DNA of 14,396 nucleotides from Candidatus Vampirococcus lugosii (GTDB taxonomy: Bacteria; Patescibacteriota; Gracilibacteria; Absconditabacterales; Absconditicoccaceae). Every line of letters starts with the position of its first letter. Positions within the stretch are counted from its first letter, which is position 1. The translations under genes and the position numbers were made by a program. The DNA is taken from NCBI RefSeq assembly GCF_018420025.1, contig NZ_JAEDAM010000024.1, forward strand, positions 1 through 14,396, written 5' to 3'. Shown in pieces: positions 1 through 9,894 of this stretch. Under the pieces are notes generated by a model. It searched no databases. It was not told the DNA's origin and worked only from the letters and a program-made list of their open reading frames with translations.

Positions 1-8
1 AAAAAATA

Positions 9-124
9 TTTAAATTATTTAAAATAAAATTATAAATTTGTGTAGTACACAAATCTATTTTTATTTTCTTCCAAATCCTTGTCTAAATCAAGGATTTAGA
101 AATTTTGTTCTACAAAGATGAGGT
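9..124. repeat. Left copy of a ~116-nt inverted repeat that brackets the window (partner at 14280-14396)
   Basis: The reverse complement of 14280-14396 aligns to 9-124 with one 1-nt indel (A-run near 34-36) and two adjacent-region mismatches (cttcc vs ctcgc near 68-72). It contains the palindrome atttgtgta-g-tacacaaat (36-54) and a 9-bp-stem hairpin aaatccttg/caaggattt (73-97). The outer boundary is cut by the window edge. Confidence 0.9.
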
Positions 125-368
125 AAAACTCTCCTCCACAACTCTCACTTCCTCCTCACTTGTAATATAGACTAACATTATTTACAGTAATCATTCTATA
201 AAACTTTCTTTATCATCAAATCTTGAATTTAATTTATATCTTCAAGAAAATTCTGAATAAGTAAAATTACTTGATTAAGTAATTAACATTCAAAGTCTAT
301 CTTATCAATGATTTGATGACTCATTTTATTTATCTTTTCAATACTATTTAACTGTATTTTCATAATTT

Positions 369-387
369 TTTAAGTGCAGAAGATTTA
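369..387 (+). repeat. Partial third copy of the 3' end of the 57-nt dispersed repeat (core gtgcagaagatt)
   Basis: tttaagtgcagaagattta matches tttaggtgcagaagatta at 13672-13690. The exact 12-mer gtgcagaagatt is G/C-containing and unlikely by chance in this AT-rich window. It lies 14 nt downstream of the thyA stop. Confidence 0.5.
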
Positions 388-400
388 AATAAAAGATATA

Positions 401-1318
401 TTAAATTGCTACATTTGCTTTAATAGGGTTATAAGGATTATATCATAATATTTCAAAATCTTTATATTTAAAATCAAAAATATTTTTAATTTCTTTATTT
501 AATTTTAATTTAGGTAATTGTCTTGGAGTTCTAGATAATTGTAAATTTACTTGTTCAATATGATTTTGATAAATATGAACATCACCGAAACTATGTATAA
601 ATTCTCAAACTTCTAAATCGCAAACTTGTGCGATCATATGAATAAGAAATGAATAACTTGCAATATTAAAAGGTACTCATAAGAATACATCAGCACTTCT
701 TTGATATAATTGACAAGATAATTTTCAATTTTGTATATAAAATTGAAATAAAGTATGGCAAGGTGGTAATCAAGATTTTGACATTTCCAAAATTTCAGAT
801 GCATTCCAAGCAGAAACTATCAATCTTCTAGAATTTGGATTTACTTTTATTTCATTTATTAACCAAGAAATTTGGTCAAATCAATTAAAATTTCTCCATT
901 GTTTTCCATATATTGGTCATAATTCTCAGTATTTTTTGGCAAAATCATTATCTTCTTTTATTCTTTTTGTAAACAAAAGCATTTTTTCTTTCCAAGAATT
1001 TGAATATTTAGGATATTTATCTAACAATCAATTAGACTTTAGATATGATTGAAATGGTCGTTCATTCCAAATTTTGACATCATTATCTACTAAATATTTT
1101 ATATTTGTAGAACCACTAATAAACCAAAGTAATTCATGAATTATAGATTTTACAAAAATTTTTTTTGTTGTTAATAAAGGAAATCATTCTGATAAATCAA
1201 ATCTCATTTGATACCCAAATTTACTTATAGTTCATACTCAAGTTCTATCATTTTTTTCTTTTCATTCTAATAACAACATTTTTAATAAATCAAGATATTG
1301 TTTTTCTGAATTTGACAT
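401..1318 (-). CDS. thyA: Thymidylate synthase ThyA (305 aa, code 25)
   Basis: Minus-strand ATG at 1318-1316 and TAA at 403-401, with length divisible by 3. The translation gives [104 protein letters not shown]. These are the hallmark ThyA motifs, including the catalytic Cys (PPCH) and an E. coli-like C-terminus. In-frame TGAs sit on conserved Gly positions. Confidence 0.95.
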
Positions 1319-1433
1319 TTTTTTAAGATAAATTTTAATTTTAAAACAAAACTGTTTTACATAAAATATAATTGATTTATATAAAAAAATCAATCACTTT
1401 ATGTGAATGAATTTAAAAACTTATTTAAATATT

Positions 1434-1509
1434 CAGGGAGGCTAGGATTCGAACCTAGAGCACCAGCTTCGGAGACTAGTATGTTAAACCAGTTAGACAC
1501 CACCTCCCT
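1434..1509 (-). tRNA. tRNA-Arg, anticodon CCG (76 nt including discriminator G, no encoded CCA)
   Basis: The minus-strand sequence is AGGGAGG-TG-GTGT-CTAACTGGTTTA-ACAT-A-CTAGT-CTCCGAA-GCTGG-TGCT-CTAGG-TTCGAAT-CCTAG-CCTCCCT-G. It has a 7-bp acceptor stem, a D loop with GG, a T loop TTCGAAT, and anticodon loop C-U-CCG-A-A. The anticodon stem has two G-U pairs, so the anticodon assignment is less certain than the tRNA call itself. Confidence 0.85.
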
Positions 1510-1545
1510 TTATTGAAAAAAATTGATACATTTGATATGAATAAT

Positions 1546-1574
1546 AGTATAATTATTTTTTTTTAAAATTTCAA
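1546..1574 (-). promoter_or_regulatory. Candidate sigma70-type promoter for the tRNA (TTGAAA-N17-TATACT)
   Basis: The minus strand reads ttgaaa (1574-1569), a 17-nt spacer, then tatact (1551-1546), about 35 nt upstream of the mature tRNA 5' end. Such hexamers are easy to find by chance in this AT-rich DNA. Confidence 0.3.
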
Positions 1575-1586
1575 ATCTTTTTACTT

Positions 1587-1643
1587 TAATCTTCTGTACC
1601 TAAATTAGAGAAAAGAGTTGATTTTGTTGATTCTGTAGGTAAT
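1587..1643 (-). repeat. 57-nt dispersed repeat, copy A (inverted relative to 13634-13690)
   Basis: The reverse complement (attacctacagaatcaacaaaatcaactcttttctctaatttaggtacagaagatta) matches 13634-13690 at 52 of 57 positions. It lies in the tRNA/pyk divergent intergenic region. Confidence 0.9.
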
Positions 1644-1666
1644 TTCTTTGATTTCTATTTTGTTGT

Positions 1667-1710
1667 TTTACACAAATAAAAATTTTATTTATTATATTTT
1701 TTTGTGTAAA
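1667..1710. repeat. Inverted repeat tttacacaaa / tttgtgtaaa with a 24-nt AT-only spacer
   Basis: A 10-bp perfect inverted repeat (1667-1676 and 1701-1710). It uses the same TTTGTGTA/TACACAAA half-site that forms the palindrome inside the terminal inverted repeats. Confidence 0.6.
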
Positions 1711-1750
1711 CAACGCTAGTCTATATTAAATATAAATATATTAAAAAAGC

Positions 1751-1778
1751 TTGAAAAAAAATATTATATTTGTATAAG
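1751..1778 (+). promoter_or_regulatory. Candidate promoter for pyk (TTGAAA-N16-TATAAG)
   Basis: ttgaaa at 1751-1756 and tataag at 1773-1778, 32 nt before the pyk ATG. This rests on a hexamer match only, in AT-rich sequence. Confidence 0.25.
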
Positions 1779-1810
1779 TAATTTTTATATAAATTATACT
1801 GTATATATCT

Positions 1811-3247
1811 ATGATAGATAAGAAAACAAAAATTATTGCTTCAGTGTGACCAGTTACTAAAGATGAAAATAGCTTAATTTCTTTATATCAAAATTGAGTA
1901 AATGTAATAAGATTTAATTTTTCTCATGCTGATTATGATTCTGTAAAAGATATTATATCAAAAATAAAAAATCTTAATATTCAATGAATAACTAATTTAA
2001 GTTTATTATTAGATACAAAATGACCTGAAATAAGAACTTGAGATTTGGAACAAAAAATTGATTTCAAAAAGTGAAATATTTTTAATATTTTTTATAAAGA
2101 TTCTAATTTATGTACAAATAATGATTTGTATTGTGATTATGAATATTTATGAGATTTAAATATTTGAGATATAATTAGAATAGATTCTTGACTTTTTGAT
2201 GTTGAAGTTGTTTCAAAATGAAAAGATTTTTTGGAAGTTAAATCATTAAATTCTGCAAAAATATGATCTCGTAGACATATAAATTTGCCTTGAATCAAAA
2301 TAAAACTTCCTTGAATAACTGATAAAGATAAAAAAGATATACTTTTTGGAATAGAAAATTGAGTTGATTTTATTGCTTTAAGTTTTGTAAGAAATAAATC
2401 AAATATTGATGAACTAAAAACTTTTTTGAAAGAAAATAATGCTGAACATATCAAAATTATTTCAAAAATTGAAAATCAAGAAGCTATTGAAAATTTAGAT
2501 TCAATTATAGAAAACTCTGATTGAGTAATGGTAGCAAGATGAGATTTATGAATAGAAGTTGATATTGAAAAACTTCCAAATTATCAAAAAACAATAGTAC
2601 AAAAATGTAGAGATAAATGAATATTTGTTATTGTTGCCACTCATTTATTGGAAACTATGATAGATTCACCTTTTCCAACTAGAGCAGAAGTTTCAGATAT
2701 TTATAATGCCGTTTTGCAAAAAGCTGATGCATTAATGTTAAGTTGAGAAACAACAATATGAACATATCCTATTGAATCGGTAAATATGATGTCAAAAGTA
2801 ATAAAAAGTGCAGAAGATAATATTAATTATGAACATAATTGTTTTGAAAATATTTGATTGAATAAAAGAGATGTTGAAAAGAAAAAATTAATAAAACATT
2901 GATTTTATATATGAGAAGATTTATGAGTGAAAGCAATAATTATACTTACTAAAACTTGAAAATTAGCAAGAATAGCAGCAACTTACAAACCTAATAATAA
3001 AGTTTTTGCATTTACAAAGAATGAAAATACATTAAATTATATAAATATATTGTTTTGAATTGAATGAATTAAAATGAATTTTGATTCTAGTAATACAGAA
3101 AATGTTGATATGGCTATCAAATTACTTTATGAAAAGTGAAAAATTACAAAAGCTGATAAATTAATAGCAATAGCAGATAATATATCCAAAAATTGAAAAG
3201 AAATTCCTATTATGCAAATAATTAATGTTGATGATATTATTTTATAG
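1811..3247 (+). CDS. pyk: Pyruvate kinase (478 aa, code 25)
   Basis: ATG at 1811 and TAG at 3245-3247. Motifs seen are [81 protein letters not shown] and [32 protein letters not shown]. Many in-frame TGAs fall on invariant Gly. Confidence 0.95.
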
Positions 3248-3273
3248 TTTAAATTATTTATTTTAAATTAATA

Positions 3274-3316
3274 TTTTTCTGAAAAATGATGATGTTTTTT
3301 AGAAAAATTTTTTATT
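3274..3316 (+). terminator. Candidate intrinsic terminator after pyk
   Basis: A 13-bp stem (tttttctgaaaaa / ttttttagaaaaa, with one G-U and one G-C pair), an 8-nt loop tgatgatg, then ttttttatt. The stem is almost entirely A-T, so stability and function are uncertain. Confidence 0.3.
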
Positions 3317-3339
3317 GTATACAAAATATTAATTTAATA

Positions 3340-3368
3340 TTGATATTTTTATATAAATTGATATATAT
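3340..3368 (+). promoter_or_regulatory. Candidate promoter for der (TTGATA-N16-TATATA)
   Basis: ttgata at 3340-3345 and tatata at 3362-3367, about 44 nt before the der ATG. This is a hexamer match only. Confidence 0.2.
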
Positions 3369-3411
3369 AAATATATATACATTTTTAAAATTAAAATTAA
3401 AATATTTTTTT

Positions 3412-4728
3412 ATGAAAATATGATTGGTATGACAGACAAATGTTGGTAAAAGTACTATTTTTAATAGATTTATATGAACATATAGAGCGATAATTACTGA
3501 TATTGCATGAACAACAAGACAAATAATTAGTGATAATTTTTATCCAAGAGATGATTTTTTATGTAAAATTTATGATAGTCCTTGACTTGCTGATTTTGAT
3601 GAAGAATTACAATATATTCAAGAAATAATTGAAGATTCTGATTTGATAATTTTTGTTATTGATTGAAAAAGATGAATAACAATGAAAGATGAAAAAATAA
3701 AAGAATTAATTATAAAAAGATGAAAACTAAATAAAAGCATTTTGGTAGTAAATAAATTGGATTCCAAAGTTAATTCTCCAGATTTAATAAATTATATTTG
3801 AGATTTTTATAGTTTTTGATTTGAAAATATATTTCCTTGTAGCTCCAAAAGTTGAGAATGATTATGAAATATTTCTGATTATATAGAAGAATATATAGAC
3901 AAAAATAATATTAGTCAATTTGAAGAAAAAGAAGAAAAAACAATAGATATAAGTTTTGTATGAAGACCTAATACTTGAAAATCAACTTTGATAAATAAAT
4001 TTGCTCAAGAAGATATATCAATTGTTAAAGATACTGAATGAACAACTTTGGATTATATACAAACTGATATAAATTTTAAAAATGAAAAATATACTCTTTA
4101 CGATACAGCATGAATAAGAAAAAAATGAAAAATATTATGATTAGAAAAAATAGCCTTTAGTAAAACAAAACAATTATTGCAATACAAAAAACCTGTAACA
4201 ATAATATTAATTGATATAGATTCTTGACTTACTCATACTGATAAAACAATAATATGACAAATAGATAAATTAAATGTACCAATTATAGTTGCATTAAATA
4301 AATCTGATTTACTTGATCAAAAAACATTAAAATTAAGAACTAAACAAATAATTGCATTGCTTTCATTTGGGAAACATATTCCTATAATTGATATTTCTGC
4401 CAAAAATTGACATAATTTGGATAAAATATTAAAATTTGCAAAAGATATTTCAAATGAATACAAAAAAGAAATAACAACTGCTCAATTAAATAAGGCTATT
4501 AATAAAGCTTGGATGACTAATCCTCCTAGATTTTCCAAAAATAAAATATGTAAAATTTATTATGCTACTCAAATAAAATCTTGACCTCCTAAATTTTTGT
4601 TTTTTATAAATAATGAACAAAAAGCAAATTTTGCATTCAAAAAATGGATAATTAATACTTTGAGAAAAAATTTTTGATTTATATGATGTCCTATAATTTT
4701 GGAATTTAGAGAAAGAGAACAAAAATAA
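3412..4728 (+). CDS. der: Ribosome-associated tandem GTPase Der/EngA (438 aa, code 25)
   Basis: Two GTPase domains are present. Domain 1 has G1 LVGQTNVGKST, G2 GTTR, G3 DSPG and G4 NKLD. Domain 2 has G1 VGRPNTGKST, G3 DTAG, G4 NKSD and SAK. The C-terminus is KH-like (YATQIKSGPPKFLFFINN..LRKNFGFIGCPIILEFRER). Several P-loop glycines are TGA. Confidence 0.95.
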
Positions 4729-4755
4729 TTTTTATTTATTTAATTTGATTTTGTT

Positions 4756-7700
4756 ATGGTTTCAAATGAAGCAAAATTATTTAGAAATTTAGAAGATAAA
4801 TTTGGTTCTGAACTGGTAAGAAAATGAGGTATATATTTTATGTATGGAAATGTTTTAGAAATTAAAATAGATGTAAAAAATATTGATTTTTGAAGTATAT
4901 CTTTTTATTGAGTTGTTGTAGGTAGTAAAAAATATAGTGTTTCATTGACATACTTATATAATTTAGATTTTAAAAATTATTCTTGTGATTGTCCAGCATT
5001 TAAAACATATTGAAGGTGTAAACATATAGTAGCTTTTATTATGTGAATAATTGATAGATTTTTGTTTGATGATAATTTTGTCTATGATAATAAACTTAAT
5101 GATGTAATAAATATTAAAGATTTTAAAAAAAATTCTTCTTTGGATATGTTGAAAACAATTGATTTTGATAAAAAAAATAATTCCAATGATGATTGGAAAG
5201 ATGAAAAATTATATAAAGTTAAAATTGAATTTGATGAAAAGTGATATTATTATAAAGATATGTTTATTTATTTACTTAAATGTAAATTGAAAAATAATTG
5301 AGTATTAAGTCCTTGAAGAAAACTTAAAAAAAATGAATTTGTAAAAGTTCCAGCAAAATTTAAATTGCTTGAATATTTTGCACAAATTGATTCTTGATAT
5401 TATAATTATAATGAAGAAAAAACATTTGATTCAAATCCAGAATTATTTTTTGATTTAGTTAAAAAATATGATAATATATATATATGAAATAAAGAGACGA
5501 TAAATGTTAATAAAAGATTATTTAATTTAAAATTTAATTTTGAAAAACTTGAAAATTGAAATATAAAAATTAACCCAGTTTTGGTATTAGATAATCTTAT
5601 ATATGATATTGATAAAGATTATCTTTATTATAGTAATAATTCTTTATTATCAGCATTAAAATTTTGAAATGAATTGATTTTTTTTAATTTGCCATTAGAT
5701 TTTAATTCTTTTAAAGAATTATTATCTAATGATATAGAGTTATCTACAGAAGAATTTGAAGAATTTAAGAAAGCTAAAAATTATAAATCTTTGATACAAT
5801 ATGCTTATGATTTAAATGGTTTGGAAAATTTTAAAAAAGAACTTCCTTATGATAATCTTGAAGTTATTATTGATAATGATTTTTCAAATGTAGAAGTAAA
5901 ACATAATGTATTTTACAAAGATGAAATTTTGGAAGAAAATGAATTTGATAATAAATATATTTTTAAAAAAGATGAACTTATTGAGAGAGATTTGGAAAAA
6001 GAAAATAATTTATATGATCAAGTTAATTGAATAAAAGTTTTGGCTGATGAAGTTGTTTGAAATACTTTTTATAAAAATTCTACAAAAAATATAGATTCTT
6101 TTTTTGATGAGATAGAAAAACAAGAAAAAAATGGTAAAAAAGTTGTTTATAAACAAAAAACTAAAAGAATATCAAGTAAAACTTTATCTGCAAAATTGGA
6201 TGTAAAATCATGAATAGACCGATTTGATGCTAGTTTAAAATTAAAAATTTGAGATAAAAAAATTAATAGTGCAAAAAAAATATTGGAATCTATAAAAAAA
6301 TGAGATAATACTGTAATACTTGATGATTGAACTGCATTTAAATTGAAAGATAATGTTAAAAAAGTTTTTAAAGAATTGGAAGAAATTGGAATTAATAATT
6401 CAAATATTGAAGATGAAACATATAAAATATGAAAATATAATATATGATTACTATGAAAAAATTCTGAAAATGATGAAAATGATAAAATTCTTGAATATGA
6501 TTTGGATCATAAATGAAAAGAATTAAAAGAAAAAATTTCTAATTTTGATTGAATATCTAATATTGAAGTGCCAAAAGAAATTATTGCTAATCTTAGAGAT
6601 TATCAAAAAAAGTGATTTCAACGGATAAATTTTCTTAAAGAATATAATTTTGGATGAATTCTTGCTGATGATATGGGACTTTGAAAAACTATACAAACTA
6701 TTTCAATGTTGCAAAGAGAATATAATAATAATATTAAAACTCCTAGTTTAATAGTTTGTCCAACTTCTCTTACATTAAATTGGGAAAGTGAAATTGATAA
6801 ATTTGCTCCAAATCTAAAAGCTCAAGTAATAGAAAATTGAAAAGAATGATTTGAAAATATTGAAAAAGATACTAATATAATTATTATTTCTTATTGAATA
6901 ATAGCAAATTTAGTTAATGATTGAAAATTAAAAAAACAAAAATTTCATTATATAGTTGTAGATGAATCACAAAATATTAAAAATCCTAATGCTATAAGAA
7001 GTAAATCTATTTATAAATTGAAATGAAAATATCGTTTAGCATTATCAGGTACTCCTATAGAAAATAATTTAACAGAACTTTGGTCAGTATTTAATTTTTT
7101 GATGCCTTGATTTTTATGAAATTTAAGTTCATTTAGTAAAAAATATAAAAATGCAAATAAAGAAGAATTAAAAATATTATCACAAAAAATTAAACCTTTT
7201 GTAATTAGAAGAACAAAAGAGGAAGTTTTGAAAGAAATTCCACCAAAAATAGAAAATATAACATATTTGAGAATGCCACAAAAACAAAAAAAATTTTATG
7301 ATGAATTAAAAGAAGCTTATAAATTACAAATTTGAAAAAAACTTGAATCTGAATGACTAAATAAAGCTCGTTTTGAAGTTTTGGATGCACTATTGAAACT
7401 TCGCCAAGCTAGTTTATTACCACAGTTAATTGAATGAAATAATGTAAAAGATTCTGCTAAACTTGATTATATTAAAGAAAATATTGAAGAAATGATACAA
7501 TCATGACATAATTTATTAATATTTTCTCAATTTACAAAATTTATATGATATATAATTCAAATTTTGAAAGAGAAAAAAATATCTTATTGCCATATTGAAT
7601 GAAAAACTAAAGCTAAAGATAGACAAAAACAAGTAGAAAAATTTAATTCATGAGAAATATCTGTATTTGTAATTAGTTTGAAAGCATGATGAACAGGGTT

Positions 7701-7956
7701 AAATTTGACTCAAGCTGATTATGTTTTACATATGGATCCATGGTGGAATTCATCCGTTGAAAAACAAGCAACTGATAGAGCTCATCGTATTTGACAACAA
7801 AAAACTGTATTTGTAAATAAATTGATTATGAAAGATAGTATAGAAGAAAAAGTTTTGAAATTACAAGAAAAAAAGAAAGATTTAATTAAAAATGTTTTTG
7901 AATGAGATTTTACTTGAAATTTAAGTGAAGATGATATTAAATATATTTTTGATTAA
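4756..7956 (+). CDS. SWIM zinc-finger / SNF2-family helicase-ATPase (1,066 aa, code 25)
   Basis: The N-terminus carries a SWIM signature, [14 protein letters not shown] (about 4984-5030, CxCx9CxH). The C-terminal half has LRDYQKKGF, ADDMGLGKT (motif I), DESQNIKN (motif II), [14 protein letters not shown] (motif III), [25 protein letters not shown] (motif V) and [11 protein letters not shown] (motif VI). The two standard-code ORFs 5062-5244 and 5674-6030 are in-frame pieces of this gene. Confidence 0.9.
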
Positions 7957-7987
7957 TTTATCAAAAATTTAGTAGATTTTTATTTAA

Positions 7988-8023
7988 TAAAACTTATACT
8001 TAAAATTACTTAGTTAAGTTTTA
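7988..8023 (+). terminator. Weak hairpin between the SNF2 gene and the kinase gene (possible terminator)
   Basis: A 9-bp stem taaaactta / taagtttta with an 18-nt loop that contains tactta twice, followed by an AT-rich tail. It has only one G-C pair. Confidence 0.2.
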
Positions 8024-8046
8024 ATTAAATAAATTTTTTATAGATT

Positions 8047-9861
8047 ATGGATATTAATGTTAATAAACAGTATTTTGAATTGATTGAAGATTTTTTTATT
8101 GTATCAAAAACAGATATTTATTGAAATATAACATATGTTAATGATAATTTTTGTAATATCTCTTGATATACAAAAGATGAATTGATCGGTAAACCTCATA
8201 ATATTGTAAGACATCCAGAAACACCAAAATATGTATTTGAAGAAATGTGGGATACTATCAAAAATAAAAAACAAATTTTTTCTTATATTATCAAAAATAA
8301 GAAAAAAAATTGAAAATGATATTGGCTAAAAAGTGTTATTAAACCTATTTTGAATGATGATTGAGATATTATAGAATTTATTTCTATTAGACAAGATGTT
8401 ACAAAAGAAATAGAATATAATAATAATCTATTTAAAACAATAGTAGAAAATATGTCAGAAAGTGTTTGGATATGAGATAAATATGAAAAAACAATTTATG
8501 CAAATCCTAATTTTTGTGATTTGTTATGATATGATGTTGAAGAGATAATTTGAAAAGAATCATATATGTTTTGGGATAATTTTAGTGCTCAAATTGTTAG
8601 AGAAAATAATAATATTAGAAAAAAATGAAAAAAATCAAAATATGAATGAAATTTAATAACAAAAAATTGAGAAAAAATACCCGTATTTCTTAGTTTAGCT
8701 CCTATGAAGGATTGATGAAGTGTTTGAATTATGACAGATTTGAGAGAATTAAAATCAGTAAAAAAACTTGCTGAATATCAAAAAGCAATAGAATGATCAA
8801 ATATATTATTAAAAATATCGCCAAATTATAATATAACATATGCAAATCAAATATTTTTTAAAGCATCAAAAATAAAAAAAGATAATATTTTAAATAAATA
8901 TTATTTTGATATATTAGATATTGATTCTCATTTAAAAAATGAAATAAAATTATCTCTTGAAAATAAAAAAGTTCGAAGATGAGAATTGAAATTAAATGTA
9001 AATGATGTTGATTATTTTTCTTGGGCTTTTACAAATATTATACCTTTATTTAGTAAAAATTGAGAACTTGAAGAATTTTTAGTTTTGAAAAATAATATTA
9101 CAAAAGAAAAACAATATGAAACAAAAATTCAAAATGATAAAAATCATATAATAAAAAAATTGGAGGAAATAAATAAAACTAAAGATGAATTTATAAATAT
9201 TGTAAGTCATGAATTAAGAACTCCTATGACTACTATCAAATGATATATATCAATGATATTGGAATGAGATGCATGAGATATTAATGATGAAGTAAAGATA
9301 TATTTAAATAAAATAATTACTAATTCTCAGAGATTGATTTATTTGATAAATGATATATTGGATGTGCAAAAACTTGAATCTGGTAAAATGAATTTTAATT
9401 TTACCAAATTTGATTTTGTAAAATTACTTGATGAAGTGTATTTTGATATGTTAAATCTTGCCAAAAAAAATAATCAAAAACTTTTATTGAATAATGATTT
9501 TAAATCATTATATATTATTTGTGATAGAAATAAACTAATACAAGTTCTTGTAAATTTGATAAATAATTCTATTAAATTTACTCCAAAATGATGAGAAATA
9601 AATATAATTTCCAAAATTAATTGAGATTTTTTGGAAATTTGTGTTGTAGATACAGGAATATGAATAAGTGAAGATGATCTAAATAAAATATTTGAAAAAT
9701 TTTGACAAGTAAAAAATTCTCTTACAAGGGATATAGAATGAACTGGTCTATGACTTTTTATAGTTAAATCTATAATAGAAAATTTAGGTTGAAAAATAAA
9801 TATAGAAAGTAAATTATGAGTTTGAACTAAATTTTATTTTTCTATACTTATTAATAATTAA
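8047..9861 (+). CDS. Soluble sensor histidine kinase with three PAS-like domains, HisKA and HATPase_c (604 aa, code 25)
   Basis: PAS1 reads GKPHNIVRHPETPKYVFEEMWDTIKNKK..KNGKGYWLKSVIKPILNDDGDIIEFISIRQDVT. Two further PAS-like blocks follow. The H-box is FINIVSHELRTPMTTIKGY, the N-box LVNLINNSIKFT, G1 VVDTGIGIS and G2 EGTGLGLFIVK. I saw no hydrophobic membrane-spanning stretch. The standard-code ORF 9334-9591 is an in-frame piece. Confidence 0.9.
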
Positions 9862-9894
9862 CTCAAAAAAATTTATTTTATAAAAAATATATAA

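Noticed and set aside
122-188. Eukaryote-like intron signals: AG|GTAAAA, a pyrimidine tract, GACTAAC, then TTATTTACAG|
   Set aside because: All surrounding genes are bacterial, intronless and in code 25, and there is no exon context. The resemblance is best explained by chance in AT-rich sequence with a CT-rich block.
125-370. Minus-strand reading frame starting MKIQLNSIEKINKMSHQIIDKIDFEC, which continues in one frame through the CT-rich block
   Set aside because: The frame is interrupted by at least five TAA/TAG stops and has no recognisable motif. It could be a decayed gene, but I cannot support a pseudogene call from sequence alone.
1645-1660. An exact 16-mer tctttgatttctattt shared with 13737-13752 (inside the transposase remnant 3' end), which might mark a second IS remnant next to repeat copy A
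   Set aside because: At this base composition a few 16-nt exact matches are expected by chance within 14 kb. The flanking sequence does not extend the match, and its orientation relative to the 57-nt repeat differs between the two sites.
2137-2454. Standard-code ORFs on the strand opposite the real genes (2137-2454, 4486-4722, 7205-7390 on minus; 13754-13936 on plus)
   Set aside because: Each lies antisense to a motif-rich code-25 CDS or to the transposase remnant. Their products are low-complexity Phe/Ile/Lys/Ser strings with no recognisable motif. Such shadow ORFs are typical of AT-rich DNA.
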